From contig JBOFUV010000034.1 in the NCBI GenBank assembly GCA_051652765.1, positions 64,001 to 128,000 of the forward strand: a stretch of 64,000 nucleotides of DNA, read 5' to 3'. The notes below the pieces were generated by a model. It saw only the letters and a list, made by a program, of their open reading frames with translations, searched no databases and was not told the DNA's origin. Positions 50,138-60,101 of this stretch are shown piece by piece. The first letter of the stretch is position 1, and the number at the start of each line of letters is the position of its first letter. A program made the translations under genes and the position numbers. This stretch comes from Microcoleaceae cyanobacterium (GTDB taxonomy: Bacteria > Cyanobacteriota > Cyanobacteriia > Cyanobacteriales > Microcoleaceae).

Positions 50138-52150
50138 TTAACCTAGAACAGCCTTAGCTTTAGCAACGACATTCTCAAGGGTGAAGCCAAACTTCTCCAT
50201 GCAAGTGCCACCGGGCGCTGAAGCACCAAAACTGTCAACACTTAAGCTTGTGCCTTCATCAGTCACATAACGACACCAGCCCATGCTAATTCCAGCTTCC
50301 ACAGAAACCCGCTTCCTTACGGCTTTGGGCAAAACGGATTCCCGATAAGCAGCCTCTTGCGCTTCAAACAGTTCCCAACTGGGCATGGACACGACCCGAA
50401 CCTTTTTGCCTTCACGGGTCAGTTGTTCTGCCGCTTGAACACACAGCCCAACTTCAGACCCTGTACCAATTAGGATTAAATCGGGTGTGCCATCGCAATC
50501 AATGACTGGGTAAGCCCCTTTGCTCACCCCTGCGATAGAACTGCCCGCCAAATTGGGCAAGCCTTGACGGGATAAACAGAGCAACGTCGGACGGTTTTGA
50601 GCGGCCTGCTCAATGGCAACCTTGTAAGCACCGGAGGTCTCTGTCCCATCTGCCGGACGGAACACCGTAAGCTGGGGAATCGCCCGGAGAGACATGATGG
50701 TTTCTACCGGTTGGTGGGTTGGGCCATCTTCACCCAGGGCAATGGAATCATGGGTCATCACCCAAATCACCCCAACCTGAGACAAGGCACTCAAACGAAT
50801 GGCTGCCCGCATGTAATCCGTGAACACCAAGAACGTTGCTCCGTAAGGAATCAGGCCCGAACCATGAAGGGCGATGCCATTGCAAATTGCACCCATGCCA
50901 TGTTCTCGCACCCCGAATCGAAGGTTGCGATTTTCGTACTGATTTTTCTGAAAGCTACCGCTCAGTTTTAACTCAGTTAAATTGGAGTGGGTCAGGTCAG
51001 CAGAACCGCCAATTAACTCCGGCAAAACGGGAGCAAGAGCATTGAGGCAAATCTCAGAATGCTTGCGGGAAGCCAACGCCTTATCTTCAGGGGTATAAGT
51101 CGGCAACACCTTGTCCCAACCTTCAGGCAGTTGACGATGGATCATCCGATCCAACAAAGCAGCATCCTCGGGATACTGAGTTTTATACTGAGCCCAGGCT
51201 TTGTTCCACTCCGCTTCGGTGCTGGCTCCCCGCTCCACTGCTTTGCGGAAATGGTTCAACGCATCATCAGGAACCTCAAAGTCGCCACAGGGCCACCCTA
51301 AGTTTTCACGGGTCGCTTTAATTTCGTCTCCGCCCAAGGGCGTACCGTGGGCAGCACCTGTTCCAGCAACCTTGGGTGAACCGTAACCAATCGTTGTTGT
51401 CACCTTAATCATCGTCGGTTTATCAGTGACCGACTTGGCGACTTCAATGGCTTTGTGCAGGGCTTCTAAGTCGGTATCCCCGTTCTCAACGTGGAGAGTA
51501 TGCCAGCCATAGGCTTCAAACCGTTTGCTCACGTCTTCCGTGAAGGAGATTTCAGTAGAGCCATCAATAGAAATATGATTATCGTCGTAGAGCGCGATTA
51601 ACTTACCCAAGCCCAGGTGACCCGCCAAGGAGCAGGCTTCCCCAGAAACCCCTTCCATATTGCAACCATCTCCCAGGATCACATAGGTGTAATGATCTAC
51701 AAGGGTTAGGTCAGACTTGTTAAATCGGGCAGCCATATGGGCTTCTGCCATAGCCAAACCCACTGCATTGGCAATCCCTTGTCCCAAGGGGCCAGTAGTC
51801 ACTTCTACCCCTGCGGTCTCAAAATTTTCGGGGTGGCCAGGAGTTCTAGAATCCCATTGGCGGAATTGTTTGATGTCATCCAGGCTGACGCTGTCATAAC
51901 CCGTCAGGTACAGCAAGGCATACTGCAACATACAGCCATGACCGGCAGAAAGGACGAAGCGATCGCGATTAAACCACTTAGGATTCTTTGGATTGAACCG
52001 CAGGAAGCGATCCCACAATACAAATGCCATCGGTGCTGCTCCCATCGGCAGTCCAGGATGGCCAGAGTTGGCTTTCTGTACCGCATCAACAGCCAGGAAG
52101 CGGATTGAATTGATGCAGAGTTCCTCTAGAGATTGAGTAGCAACAGCCAT
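50138..52150 (-). CDS. tkt: transketolase
   Basis: [43 protein letters not shown]. Confidence 0.97.
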   Translation of the reverse strand: MAVATQSLEELCINSIRFLAVDAVQKANSGHPGLPMGAAPMAFVLWDRFLRFNPKNPKWFNRDRFVLSAGHGCMLQYALLYLTGYDSVSLDDIKQFRQWDSRTPGHPENFETAGVEVTTGPLGQGIANAVGLAMAEAHMAARFNKSDLTLVDHYTYVILGDGCNMEGVSGEACSLAGHLGLGKLIALYDDNHISIDGSTEISFTEDVSKRFEAYGWHTLHVENGDTDLEALHKAIEVAKSVTDKPTMIKVTTTIGYGSPKVAGTGAAHGTPLGGDEIKATRENLGWPCGDFEVPDDALNHFRKAVERGASTEAEWNKAWAQYKTQYPEDAALLDRMIHRQLPEGWDKVLPTYTPEDKALASRKHSEICLNALAPVLPELIGGSADLTHSNLTELKLSGSFQKNQYENRNLRFGVREHGMGAICNGIALHGSGLIPYGATFLVFTDYMRAAIRLSALSQVGVIWVMTHDSIALGEDGPTHQPVETIMSLRAIPQLTVFRPADGTETSGAYKVAIEQAAQNRPTLLCLSRQGLPNLAGSSIAGVSKGAYPVIDCDGTPDLILIGTGSEVGLCVQAAEQLTREGKKVRVVSMPSWELFEAQEAAYRESVLPKAVRKRVSVEAGISMGWCRYVTDEGTSLSVDSFGASAPGGTCMEKFGFTLENVVAKAKAVLG

Positions 52151-52384
52151 AGTTATCGTTTCTATAGTTCAGATGGTAATTTGCGAGTGCCACAGCGCAG
52201 CAACCAGAACACTCAGGAGTTTAGCCCTAAAGTCGCGCTCAAGCTTCTTGCCCCCATCATCTCATCTGTTGGGATCGACAAGCAAGGGAGTTAAAACAAT
52301 TTTGCAGGGCAGATATGAAGGCGGAATCAATATGTTAAACTCCTGATTGACCAAGGAAATTGCTGATCATAGAAACATAGAGTC

Positions 52385-52849
52385 ATGGATTCTCAAGCTC
52401 CCAAATTCGAAGTGCCCGAAGAAATACAAGCCCTCCTTTCAGCCGAAAAATTAGAAAAGGTGGTTCGTTCTTTCACCAAGATTGATGGCAACCAAGATGG
52501 CAAAATTGAACTTGAAGAATATCTCGATCATCTTTTGGAAAAAGAGAGAGAGAAACTCGCAAAGCAGTTTAGATACTTGGATGCAAATCAAGACGGTTAT
52601 ATTGAATTTGAAGAGTTTCTTGCTGTTACAGAGCCCCACTATCTGATTCTGAAAAAGTTTCGTAGATTTGATCAGGAACGCAATGGATTCTTGACATTTG
52701 CACAAGCAATTCAGATTGCGGAAGAATTATCTCTTCCCTATGATCATAGTCAAATTGAAAGAGTGCTGCAAGAAATTGATCAAGATCAAGATGGGCAAGT
52801 GACTTACTACGAATACTTGGGCGCAATGATTCACTTTGGGTTCCAATAG
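52385..52849 (+). CDS. calmodulin-like four-EF-hand protein
   Basis: Loops DGNQDGKIELEE, DANQDGYIEFEE, DQERNGFLTFAQ (degenerate), DQDQDGQVTYYE. Confidence 0.88.
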   Translation: MDSQAPKFEVPEEIQALLSAEKLEKVVRSFTKIDGNQDGKIELEEYLDHLLEKEREKLAKQFRYLDANQDGYIEFEEFLAVTEPHYLILKKFRRFDQERNGFLTFAQAIQIAEELSLPYDHSQIERVLQEIDQDQDGQVTYYEYLGAMIHFGFQ

Positions 52850-53131
52850 TGAGTATTGAATGAATTGCAGGATAGGCAATGTCCAACTGCAATTTATTTG
52901 AAGTTGGTCTTTAGGACTTGACTGGCATCCTCAGATGTGGAGCGTTCAACCTGTAGTGGCTTTCTGTTTTAACCTTGTGCCAATGTGAAAATCTGTAACA
53001 TTTGAAATAGCATATCTTTGGTTTTCCCTTATACTGTCTCGTGAGTTGAGCGTTTGATGAACCTTCAGCTAGTTTAATGGCCTTGCGTTTCAAGAAATAG
53101 ATAATTTATTTCCATACTGTCGGTGGCTTTC

Positions 53132-53174
53132 CTACGGTAGAAACAGTGTTCTTGTATCACTGTTTCTACCGTAG
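53132..53174. repeat. perfect 17-bp inverted repeat
   Basis: CTACGGTAGAAACAGTG-N9-CACTGTTTCTACCGTAG. Confidence 0.8.
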
Positions 53175-53288
53175 AATCCAGAGATCAGCGTTGTTTAGTT
53201 TTCATCAAGGTTCCCTCAGAAGTAATGCTTTTTATTTCAACTCAAAGCTCCAAGGGTAATTGGTAAAAGTCTTCAGGAATGAGCTTAA

Positions 53289-54116
53289 ATGAATTACATC
53301 AAATGTGCGGTCTATCTATCAAGTTCAGTAATCTTGACTTTTTTTAGCTTAAGTCAAGCGGTTCTAGGGCAAGAATCATCGGCAAGAGTTGTTGAAAATT
53401 CTAATTTTTCCTTACAAAAGCAGCCCAAAGAGTTAATAGATTCAAGGGACTTACCTTCTAGGTTACTGACGGAAGAATTGCCAGAAAAAAGCCCTTCCCG
53501 TTTATCAGAGGTTGAGTTATTCATCCCTTCAGTAAGAGCCACAGATTTGCTCGAAGGCCAAGATAGAAATCAAACTTTCATCACTGCTCAAGAGTCAGAA
53601 GAAAAGCAAGAGTCGGAAGAAGAAGTAGAGGAGGAAGATCCTCGGAAAGCAGCGGATGCTTCAGGGCGACGGTTGAGCAACAACTACAGCTATTTTGCCA
53701 TTGGAGGCAATACTGGTCTGACTGGAGATGGCTCAGGCGTTTCAGAGATAGGATTCTCTACCTTGGGTAAAGCCGGGTTTTCTGAGAATTTATCCCTCCA
53801 TTCTGCAGGAGTGCTGTTTACGGAAAGGGGAGCAAGTTTGACTGCCCTGACATACGAGTTTCCTATTCGGAGTGAAACGGAAGCAGTTGTATTTTCGCCG
53901 TTTTTAGGCGGAGGAATCATCTATCGTGATTTATTCAACGAAGACTTCAGCATTGGGGGAGTGATTATGGGAGGAGTGGATGTGCCAATCTCCTACAGTT
54001 TTGTGTTTACAAGCCGAATCAATGTAGCTTTTATTCGAGATAGTACAGATACCAGTATTTCTTTCGGAATTGGGTACATTTATACGAAAGGTTTACTGGG
54101 ATTAATTTTTGATTAG
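53289..54116 (+). CDS. exported protein with C-terminal outer-membrane beta-barrel-like domain
   Basis: Signal-peptide-like N-terminus, acidic linker, amphipathic strands (SYFAIGGNTGL, SPFLGGGI, GGVDVPI, SFGIGY). Confidence 0.62.
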   Translation: MNYIKCAVYLSSSVILTFFSLSQAVLGQESSARVVENSNFSLQKQPKELIDSRDLPSRLLTEELPEKSPSRLSEVELFIPSVRATDLLEGQDRNQTFITAQESEEKQESEEEVEEEDPRKAADASGRRLSNNYSYFAIGGNTGLTGDGSGVSEIGFSTLGKAGFSENLSLHSAGVLFTERGASLTALTYEFPIRSETEAVVFSPFLGGGIIYRDLFNEDFSIGGVIMGGVDVPISYSFVFTSRINVAFIRDSTDTSISFGIGYIYTKGLLGLIFD

Positions 54117-54143
54117 CTTGGGTTTTTCAGAAAAGCTTAATCA

Positions 54144-56480
54144 TTAAAGTCGCTGTAGGGGAGCAATGTTTGGATCAAGGACTTTAGAACTCGATCCTTC
54201 AAATTTGACCCCTAGGGAGAGCTTACTCTTACTCCCAAAAATGTGAGTGACTTTTCCTATCCCAAAAGAGTCGTGCAAAACGCGATCGCCCACTTGCCAA
54301 TTTTCGACGACATTAACCTGAGATCGGGTTATTGATTGCCTCTGAGTTGAACTTTGACTTGACTTTCTCGAGGTCTTTTGGGGAGAGTAACCTTCAATTA
54401 ATTCTTCGGGTAACTCTTTCAAAAAAATGGATGGAATACAAGGTTCAGGTGCTCCCCATAATCGACGTTGACAAGCATGGCTAATAAACAATTGTTCCTG
54501 GGCACGGGTGATGCCCACATAGCATAATCGTCGTTCTTCTTCGAGGGCTAAAGGATCATCAAAGCTGCGAAAGTTAGGAAACAAGCCCTGCTCTAATCCC
54601 ACCAAAAAAACAATGGGAAATTCCAATCCTTTTGCCGAATGCAAGGTCATTAAAGCAGTTGCATTTTGACCCTCTTTAACATTGTCAATTTCTGAGGCGA
54701 GGGCTGCGCTAGCAAGAAAGCCTGGTAAGGTTGTATCCTCATAATCTTCTTGGAACTGAGAGACCGCATTACTAAGTTCTTTCAGGTTTTCCAAGCGATT
54801 TTCAGCTTCATCTGTTCCCTGAATTTTGTAGTCTTGAACATAGCCTGAATCTTTCAGGATGCCGTCTAAAATTTCCAATGCTGAAGCTGTTTCAACCCGA
54901 TTTTGCCAAACTTTAATGATCTCAGCAAACTGATTTACTGACTTAGCAGAACGGCCTGCTAGAGTATTAACTGAATCAGCGTCACTAGTGATTTCCCATA
55001 GAGGAATTCCTAACTGTTGAGATGCATTGACAAGGGCATCAATCGTTGATTTTCCAATGCCCCTTCGAGGAGTATTAATAATCCGGAGCAAGCTGACTGT
55101 ATCAGCAGGATTGGCAATGACTCGGAGGTAAGAAAGGGCATCTTTGATTTCTTTGCGATCATAGAATTTTAACCCCCCAACAATTGTGTAAGGAACTTCG
55201 GTTCTTAACACATCTTCCAAAGCACGAGACTGAGCATTGGTACGATACAATACAGCAAAATCTCCATAACCCAATTCAGGATTTTTTTGCATCAGTCCTT
55301 GAATTTGACTCAGCACAAATCGGGCTTCATCCATCTCATCCCCAGAACGATAACAGTAGATAGGCGAGCCTTCTCCTCGGGTTGGACGCAGGATCTTATC
55401 AATGCGTTCAGTATTATTTTGAATCAGATGATTAGCGGCTTGAAGAATATTCGCTCTGGAACGATAGTTTTCTTCCAATTTGATCATTGTCTGGGTATCT
55501 TCATCGGATAGACCATCTCCAAAATCATCCTGAAATTCTAACAAAATTTTGTAGTCCGCCATGCGAAAGGAGTAGATCGACTGATCCACGTCTCCAACCA
55601 CAAAAACAGAGCGATTGTTCCAATTTTTAAACTGTTTAGCAGTTTCCCCATTAGTGACTAACAATCGAATCAAGTCATATTGCGTTCGATTTGTATCTTG
55701 ATATTCATCCACTAAGATATGACCAAATTTTTCATGCCAATAGGTTAAAACTTGCTCATTCTGCTGAAAGAGATCAACAGTTATGCGAATCAAATCATCA
55801 AAATCCAAACCATTATTTGCTGCCAAAGCATCCTGGTAAAGTCCGTAAACTTCAGCAATGGTTCGACCTTGGTAATTAGAATTTTCTTGCAAGAACTGTT
55901 GAGGTGATAGTCCTTGATTTTTGGCATTACTAATTCTGTATCGAACTTTGCGAGGATCAAACTTTTTATCATCTAAATTAAGCTGCCGGGTGACAATTTG
56001 CTTGACTAAACCATGGACATCAGATTCATCAAAAATTGTAAAATTACGTTCCCATTGACGATTACTTTCATCCTTATATTTATTAATATCAAATCTTAAA
56101 ATCCTGGCACAAAGACTGTGAAAGGTTCCCATCCACAACTGTTTAGTTGTCCGGCGGTAAATGTGCGATCGCAGTTTGACTTGTTCCTCAGCAGTCAGGG
56201 CTGAAAAGGGCTTGCTATATTGAAGTTCTGCCTGTTGCTGAGTAAAAATCGATTCTACCCTTTCCTTGATTTCTCGGGCGGCCTTATTCGTAAAGGTGAC
56301 CGCTAGAATACTCTCCGGATCGACTTGGTGGGTGTGAATTAAATTGGCAATCCGATAAGTGAGTGCCCGAGTTTTTCCCGATCCCGCCCCTGCAACGACT
56401 AGCATCGGCCCACAGAAATGTTCAACCGCTTGGCGTTGGGCAGAGTTGAGATGGCTGAGGAAATCAATGGTCTGAGTCAT
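54144..56480 (-). CDS. pcrA: UvrD/PcrA DNA helicase
   Basis: AGAGSGKT, VTFTNKAA, LVDEYQDTN, ENYRS, MTLHSAKGLEF, EEERRLCYVGITRA. Confidence 0.95.
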   Translation of the reverse strand: MTQTIDFLSHLNSAQRQAVEHFCGPMLVVAGAGSGKTRALTYRIANLIHTHQVDPESILAVTFTNKAAREIKERVESIFTQQQAELQYSKPFSALTAEEQVKLRSHIYRRTTKQLWMGTFHSLCARILRFDINKYKDESNRQWERNFTIFDESDVHGLVKQIVTRQLNLDDKKFDPRKVRYRISNAKNQGLSPQQFLQENSNYQGRTIAEVYGLYQDALAANNGLDFDDLIRITVDLFQQNEQVLTYWHEKFGHILVDEYQDTNRTQYDLIRLLVTNGETAKQFKNWNNRSVFVVGDVDQSIYSFRMADYKILLEFQDDFGDGLSDEDTQTMIKLEENYRSRANILQAANHLIQNNTERIDKILRPTRGEGSPIYCYRSGDEMDEARFVLSQIQGLMQKNPELGYGDFAVLYRTNAQSRALEDVLRTEVPYTIVGGLKFYDRKEIKDALSYLRVIANPADTVSLLRIINTPRRGIGKSTIDALVNASQQLGIPLWEITSDADSVNTLAGRSAKSVNQFAEIIKVWQNRVETASALEILDGILKDSGYVQDYKIQGTDEAENRLENLKELSNAVSQFQEDYEDTTLPGFLASAALASEIDNVKEGQNATALMTLHSAKGLEFPIVFLVGLEQGLFPNFRSFDDPLALEEERRLCYVGITRAQEQLFISHACQRRLWGAPEPCIPSIFLKELPEELIEGYSPQKTSRKSSQSSTQRQSITRSQVNVVENWQVGDRVLHDSFGIGKVTHIFGSKSKLSLGVKFEGSSSKVLDPNIAPLQRL

Positions 56481-56615
56481 GGTGATGGAGGAGACAGGTT
56501 AAGTTGAATTTATGATCTAAGCTACCATATTTGTAAAATGAGCTAGAGATCAATAACATACTAGGATAGCAATAATTTTTGCTGCCGAGATTCTTTACTG
56601 GAAATCTGAGATTTC

Positions 56616-57596
56616 ATGACTCTTCTAGAGGTCAAAAACTTAACCACTCATTTCTTCACACCGGGCGGTGTAGTTCATGCTGTCAATAGAATTTCTTATC
56701 AGGTTAATTCTGGAGAAACAGTTGGCATTGTAGGAGAATCCGGTTCTGGAAAAAGTATCAGTGTACTCTCCATTTTACAGTTGATTCCTTCACCTCCAGG
56801 CAAAATAATGGCAGGGGAAGTATGGTTTGAGGGGCAAGATTTATTGCTGTTAAATGCCAGGGCTATTCAACAGATTCGAGGCAATCAAATCGCCATGATT
56901 TTTCAAGACCCGCTGACAGCCTTGAACCCAGTTCTAACCATTGAAACTCAGTTAACAGAATCCATGAAATTGCACTTGGGGTTAACTCAAACTCAAGCCA
57001 GAATTCAAGCGATTGAACTGTTAAAACAAGTGGGAATTCCTGATGCAGAACGGCGTATTTCGAACTATCCTCATCAATTTTCTGGGGGAATGCGGCAGCG
57101 GGTGATGATTGCAATAGGCTTAGCTTGTCATCCCAAATTACTCATTGCTGACGAGCCAACTACTGCGTTAGATGTGACGATTCAAGCCCAAGTTATTGAG
57201 TTAATTAAACAACTCCGGCAAGACATTGGCATGACCATTCTTTGGATTACCCACGATTTAGCGTTGTTAGCCGGACTCGCCGATCGAATTCTGGTAATGT
57301 ATGCAGGGCAAATTGTGGAACAAGCAACAGTTCATCAACTCTATAAAACGCCTCGTCATCCCTACACAATGGGTTTATTGAATAGTCTGCCCCGCTTAGA
57401 TCGCGATCGCCCTCAACTTTTAACCATTGAAGGAACCCCTCCAGATTTAATCCATTACCCCCTAGGGTGTCCGTTTGCCCCGCGATGTCCGTTTGCTTTA
57501 GAACACTGTTTTACCGAAAATCCTGGTTTAGAACAGATCGAAACCAATCATCAAGTTGCCTGTTGGGTGAAGCCAGAGTTTAGTTTAAGTCAATAG
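56616..57596 (+). CDS. oligopeptide/dipeptide ABC ATP-binding protein (OppD/DppD-like)
   Basis: GESGSGKS, YPHQFSGGMRQR, ADEPTTALDVTIQAQ, GCPFAPRC. Confidence 0.92.
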   Translation: MTLLEVKNLTTHFFTPGGVVHAVNRISYQVNSGETVGIVGESGSGKSISVLSILQLIPSPPGKIMAGEVWFEGQDLLLLNARAIQQIRGNQIAMIFQDPLTALNPVLTIETQLTESMKLHLGLTQTQARIQAIELLKQVGIPDAERRISNYPHQFSGGMRQRVMIAIGLACHPKLLIADEPTTALDVTIQAQVIELIKQLRQDIGMTILWITHDLALLAGLADRILVMYAGQIVEQATVHQLYKTPRHPYTMGLLNSLPRLDRDRPQLLTIEGTPPDLIHYPLGCPFAPRCPFALEHCFTENPGLEQIETNHQVACWVKPEFSLSQ

Positions 57597-57619
57597 TTCA
57601 AACCTACGATACCAAATTC

Positions 57620-57716
57620 TACAGCCTTTCCTGGACTAGTGAGGTATGCTGCACTCTTGTCCACACAAGAGATTTCGAATCTTTACACATACCTCACTGA
57701 CTTAAGAAATGCTATG
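57620..57716. mobile_element. MITE-like dispersed repeat with imperfect ~28-bp terminal inverted repeats
   Basis: TACAGCCTTTCCTGGACTAGTGAGGTATG ... CATACCTCACTGACTTAAGAAATGCTATG; inner hairpin CTCTTGT/ACAAGAG. Confidence 0.6.
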
Positions 57717-57876
57717 TTACTAAAGCAGTGTTAAACTACCTCCGCTTGTAACACTACGACTGAACCTACTTAGACAAAGTTTCAATCAAATACCTTGGTC
57801 AACCTAAATGACCTGCAGATGAGAGTAGAAATTACAATTAGACTTGAGTAGCCTGTAGCTATAGAAATCGAAGACT

Positions 57877-59235
57877 ATGAAAATTCAGCAAATATCTGTT
57901 AATGGGCTATTTGGAATTTTTGATCATGTGATTCCATTAAACGTGGATGAGAAAATCACAATTATTCATGGTCCTAATGGCTTTGGAAAAACAGCGATGC
58001 TCAGGATGCTAAATGGCTTCTTCAATTCTCGATACCCAATGTTTCGTAGTATTCCATTTAACAGGTTTCGAGTTGAATTTGATAATGGCAATAGTGTTGA
58101 GGTTGTAAAACTTTCTGACAGCTCAGGTAAAACAAAGAAGAAAGAACGAATAGATATTGAGTTTCACGAAACTGGCTTGGAAAAGAAAATCTATACTCTA
58201 AAGGAAACGAAAAATTCTCCAGATATCGACTTCCCAATTAGTGTTTTGGAGGATATGGTTCCAGGATTAGAACGAGTAGCAATTAAAAGATGGGTTTATC
58301 TTCCAACTGGTGAATCCCTTTCTATAGGAGAGGTGATCGATCGATTTGAAGATGTTCTTCCTTCAAAGGCAAGATTACGAGAAGAACCTGAATGGCTAGA
58401 GAGCCTAAAGCAGGATATTCATGTCCGTCTCATTGAGTCGCAGCGTCTACTGAACTTTGTTCCTAGTCGTTCCTCAAGGGTGTACTCTGGAACACCTTCA
58501 ATGCTACCAACTGTTTCTGCCTATTCTGAGGAGATTGCACAACTTATTCAATCTAAACTTGCTGAATATGGTACTACTTCTCAAGCTTTGGATAGGACAT
58601 TTCCTGCAAGAGTAGTACAACAGCAGCTATCCCCTGATTTGACAGATGAAGAGCTTCGCCGTCAGCTCAATGAGCTTGAAGCAACCCGCTCTCGTCTTAT
58701 AGAAGTAGGTTTATTAGATAAGGATGAAAATTCGGATTTTCAAATCCAGCCACAATCTATAGACGAAAGCACAAAAAATATTTTGTCGGTATATGTTGAG
58801 GATGTAGAAAAGAAGCTTAGTGTTTTTAGTGAAATTGCAAGTAAAATTGATCTTCTGAGAAGAATCGTTAATAGTAAATTTGCTTATTCTTATAAAGAGA
58901 TGAGTTTTAATAAGGAGAAAGGATTTGTCTTTAGAACACTTTACAATCATTCTTCTTTCAATAGAGATACTCTTTCTCCAACAGATTTATCATCCGGTGA
59001 GCAACATGAGTTAGTTCTTCTCTATGAATTACTATTTAAGGTTCAACCTAATTCTCTAGTTTTGATTGATGAACCTGAACTATCGCTTCACGTAGGATGG
59101 CAGGCTCAGTTTTTGAAGGACTTGAAAGAAATCACAGAGCTTGCAGATTTAGATGTTTTGATGGCTACTCACTCTCCAGATATCATTCAAGATCGCTGGG
59201 ATTTGACCGTGGAGCTGAAAGGTTCAGAAAAATGA
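57877..59235 (+). CDS. ABC/AAA_15-AAA_21-type ATPase, PARIS AriA-like sensor
   Basis: HGPNGFGKT, long helical insert, LSSGEQH, LIDEPELSLH, ATHS. Confidence 0.82.
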   Translation: MKIQQISVNGLFGIFDHVIPLNVDEKITIIHGPNGFGKTAMLRMLNGFFNSRYPMFRSIPFNRFRVEFDNGNSVEVVKLSDSSGKTKKKERIDIEFHETGLEKKIYTLKETKNSPDIDFPISVLEDMVPGLERVAIKRWVYLPTGESLSIGEVIDRFEDVLPSKARLREEPEWLESLKQDIHVRLIESQRLLNFVPSRSSRVYSGTPSMLPTVSAYSEEIAQLIQSKLAEYGTTSQALDRTFPARVVQQQLSPDLTDEELRRQLNELEATRSRLIEVGLLDKDENSDFQIQPQSIDESTKNILSVYVEDVEKKLSVFSEIASKIDLLRRIVNSKFAYSYKEMSFNKEKGFVFRTLYNHSSFNRDTLSPTDLSSGEQHELVLLYELLFKVQPNSLVLIDEPELSLHVGWQAQFLKDLKEITELADLDVLMATHSPDIIQDRWDLTVELKGSEK

Positions 59236-60095
59236 GGGAGCACCTTTCAGTTGACCGTGATGCTAACGCAATTCGACTACGACGCAGTACCTTTTCGGGT
59301 ACTTTTCTATTAGTTGAGGGCTGCTCAGATAGAATCTTCTATGAACGCTTTGTTGACAAATTGACGTGTGTATTAGTCAGTATTTCCGGCAAACCATCTA
59401 GTAAACTTCGGGTTATTGAAGTTCTGTGCATCTTGGAAAAATCAGATTTTCAAGGAGTCTTAGCTATTGTTGATGCAGATTTTGATCATCTCGAAGTTTC
59501 TTTACATAGTAGTCCTAACCTGATTCGGACAGATACTCATGACCTTGAAACTATATTGCTCAACTCATCTGCTCTTGAGAAGGTGATTGCTGAGTTCGGC
59601 TCAGAGGAGAAAATCGCCAAGTTTGGTCGAGGTGTTAGAACAGTATTGCTTGAAGCTGGAATGCCGATTGGATACCTTCTTTGGATTTCTCAACTTGACG
59701 AACTAAACCTAACCTTTGACGGCATTACATTTAGTAAGTTTATTAACGATCAAACCCTGCAAATTGATGAATTCAAGCTTATCCAAGAAGTAAAGAATAA
59801 ATCCCAAGCTTTTGTGCTGAAAAACGAAGATTTACAACAACGTTTAATAAAGCAAAAAAGTGACACCCGTGATCCCTGGCAGGTTTGCTGTGGTCACGAT
59901 CTAGTAAAGATATTATCTCTTGGTTTACGTAAGGCAATTGGCTCCGCTAAAGCTTCTGATGTTGAACCGAATAATCTTGAACGCATTTTACGACTTGCTT
60001 ATGAGGAAACGTACTTTTACAAGACACAAATTTACTCGTCTGTTTGCTCATGGGAAAGTAACAATCCCCCTTTTAAGGTTTTGTACAGATTGTAA
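59232..60095 (+). CDS. DUF4435/TOPRIM nuclease, PARIS AriB-like effector
   Basis: LLVEGCSD, IVDADFD, HDLET, GHD; ATGA overlap with the ATPase stop. Confidence 0.8.
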   Translation: MREHLSVDRDANAIRLRRSTFSGTFLLVEGCSDRIFYERFVDKLTCVLVSISGKPSSKLRVIEVLCILEKSDFQGVLAIVDADFDHLEVSLHSSPNLIRTDTHDLETILLNSSALEKVIAEFGSEEKIAKFGRGVRTVLLEAGMPIGYLLWISQLDELNLTFDGITFSKFINDQTLQIDEFKLIQEVKNKSQAFVLKNEDLQQRLIKQKSDTRDPWQVCCGHDLVKILSLGLRKAIGSAKASDVEPNNLERILRLAYEETYFYKTQIYSSVCSWESNNPPFKVLYRL

Positions 60096-60101
60096 ATTGT
60101 T

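Noticed and set aside
54144..60095. Gabija (ATPase-TOPRIM + UvrD) interpretation using the nearby helicase
   Set aside because: The helicase is full-length housekeeping PcrA on the opposite strand, separated by dppD; the split ATPase + DUF4435 layout fits PARIS.
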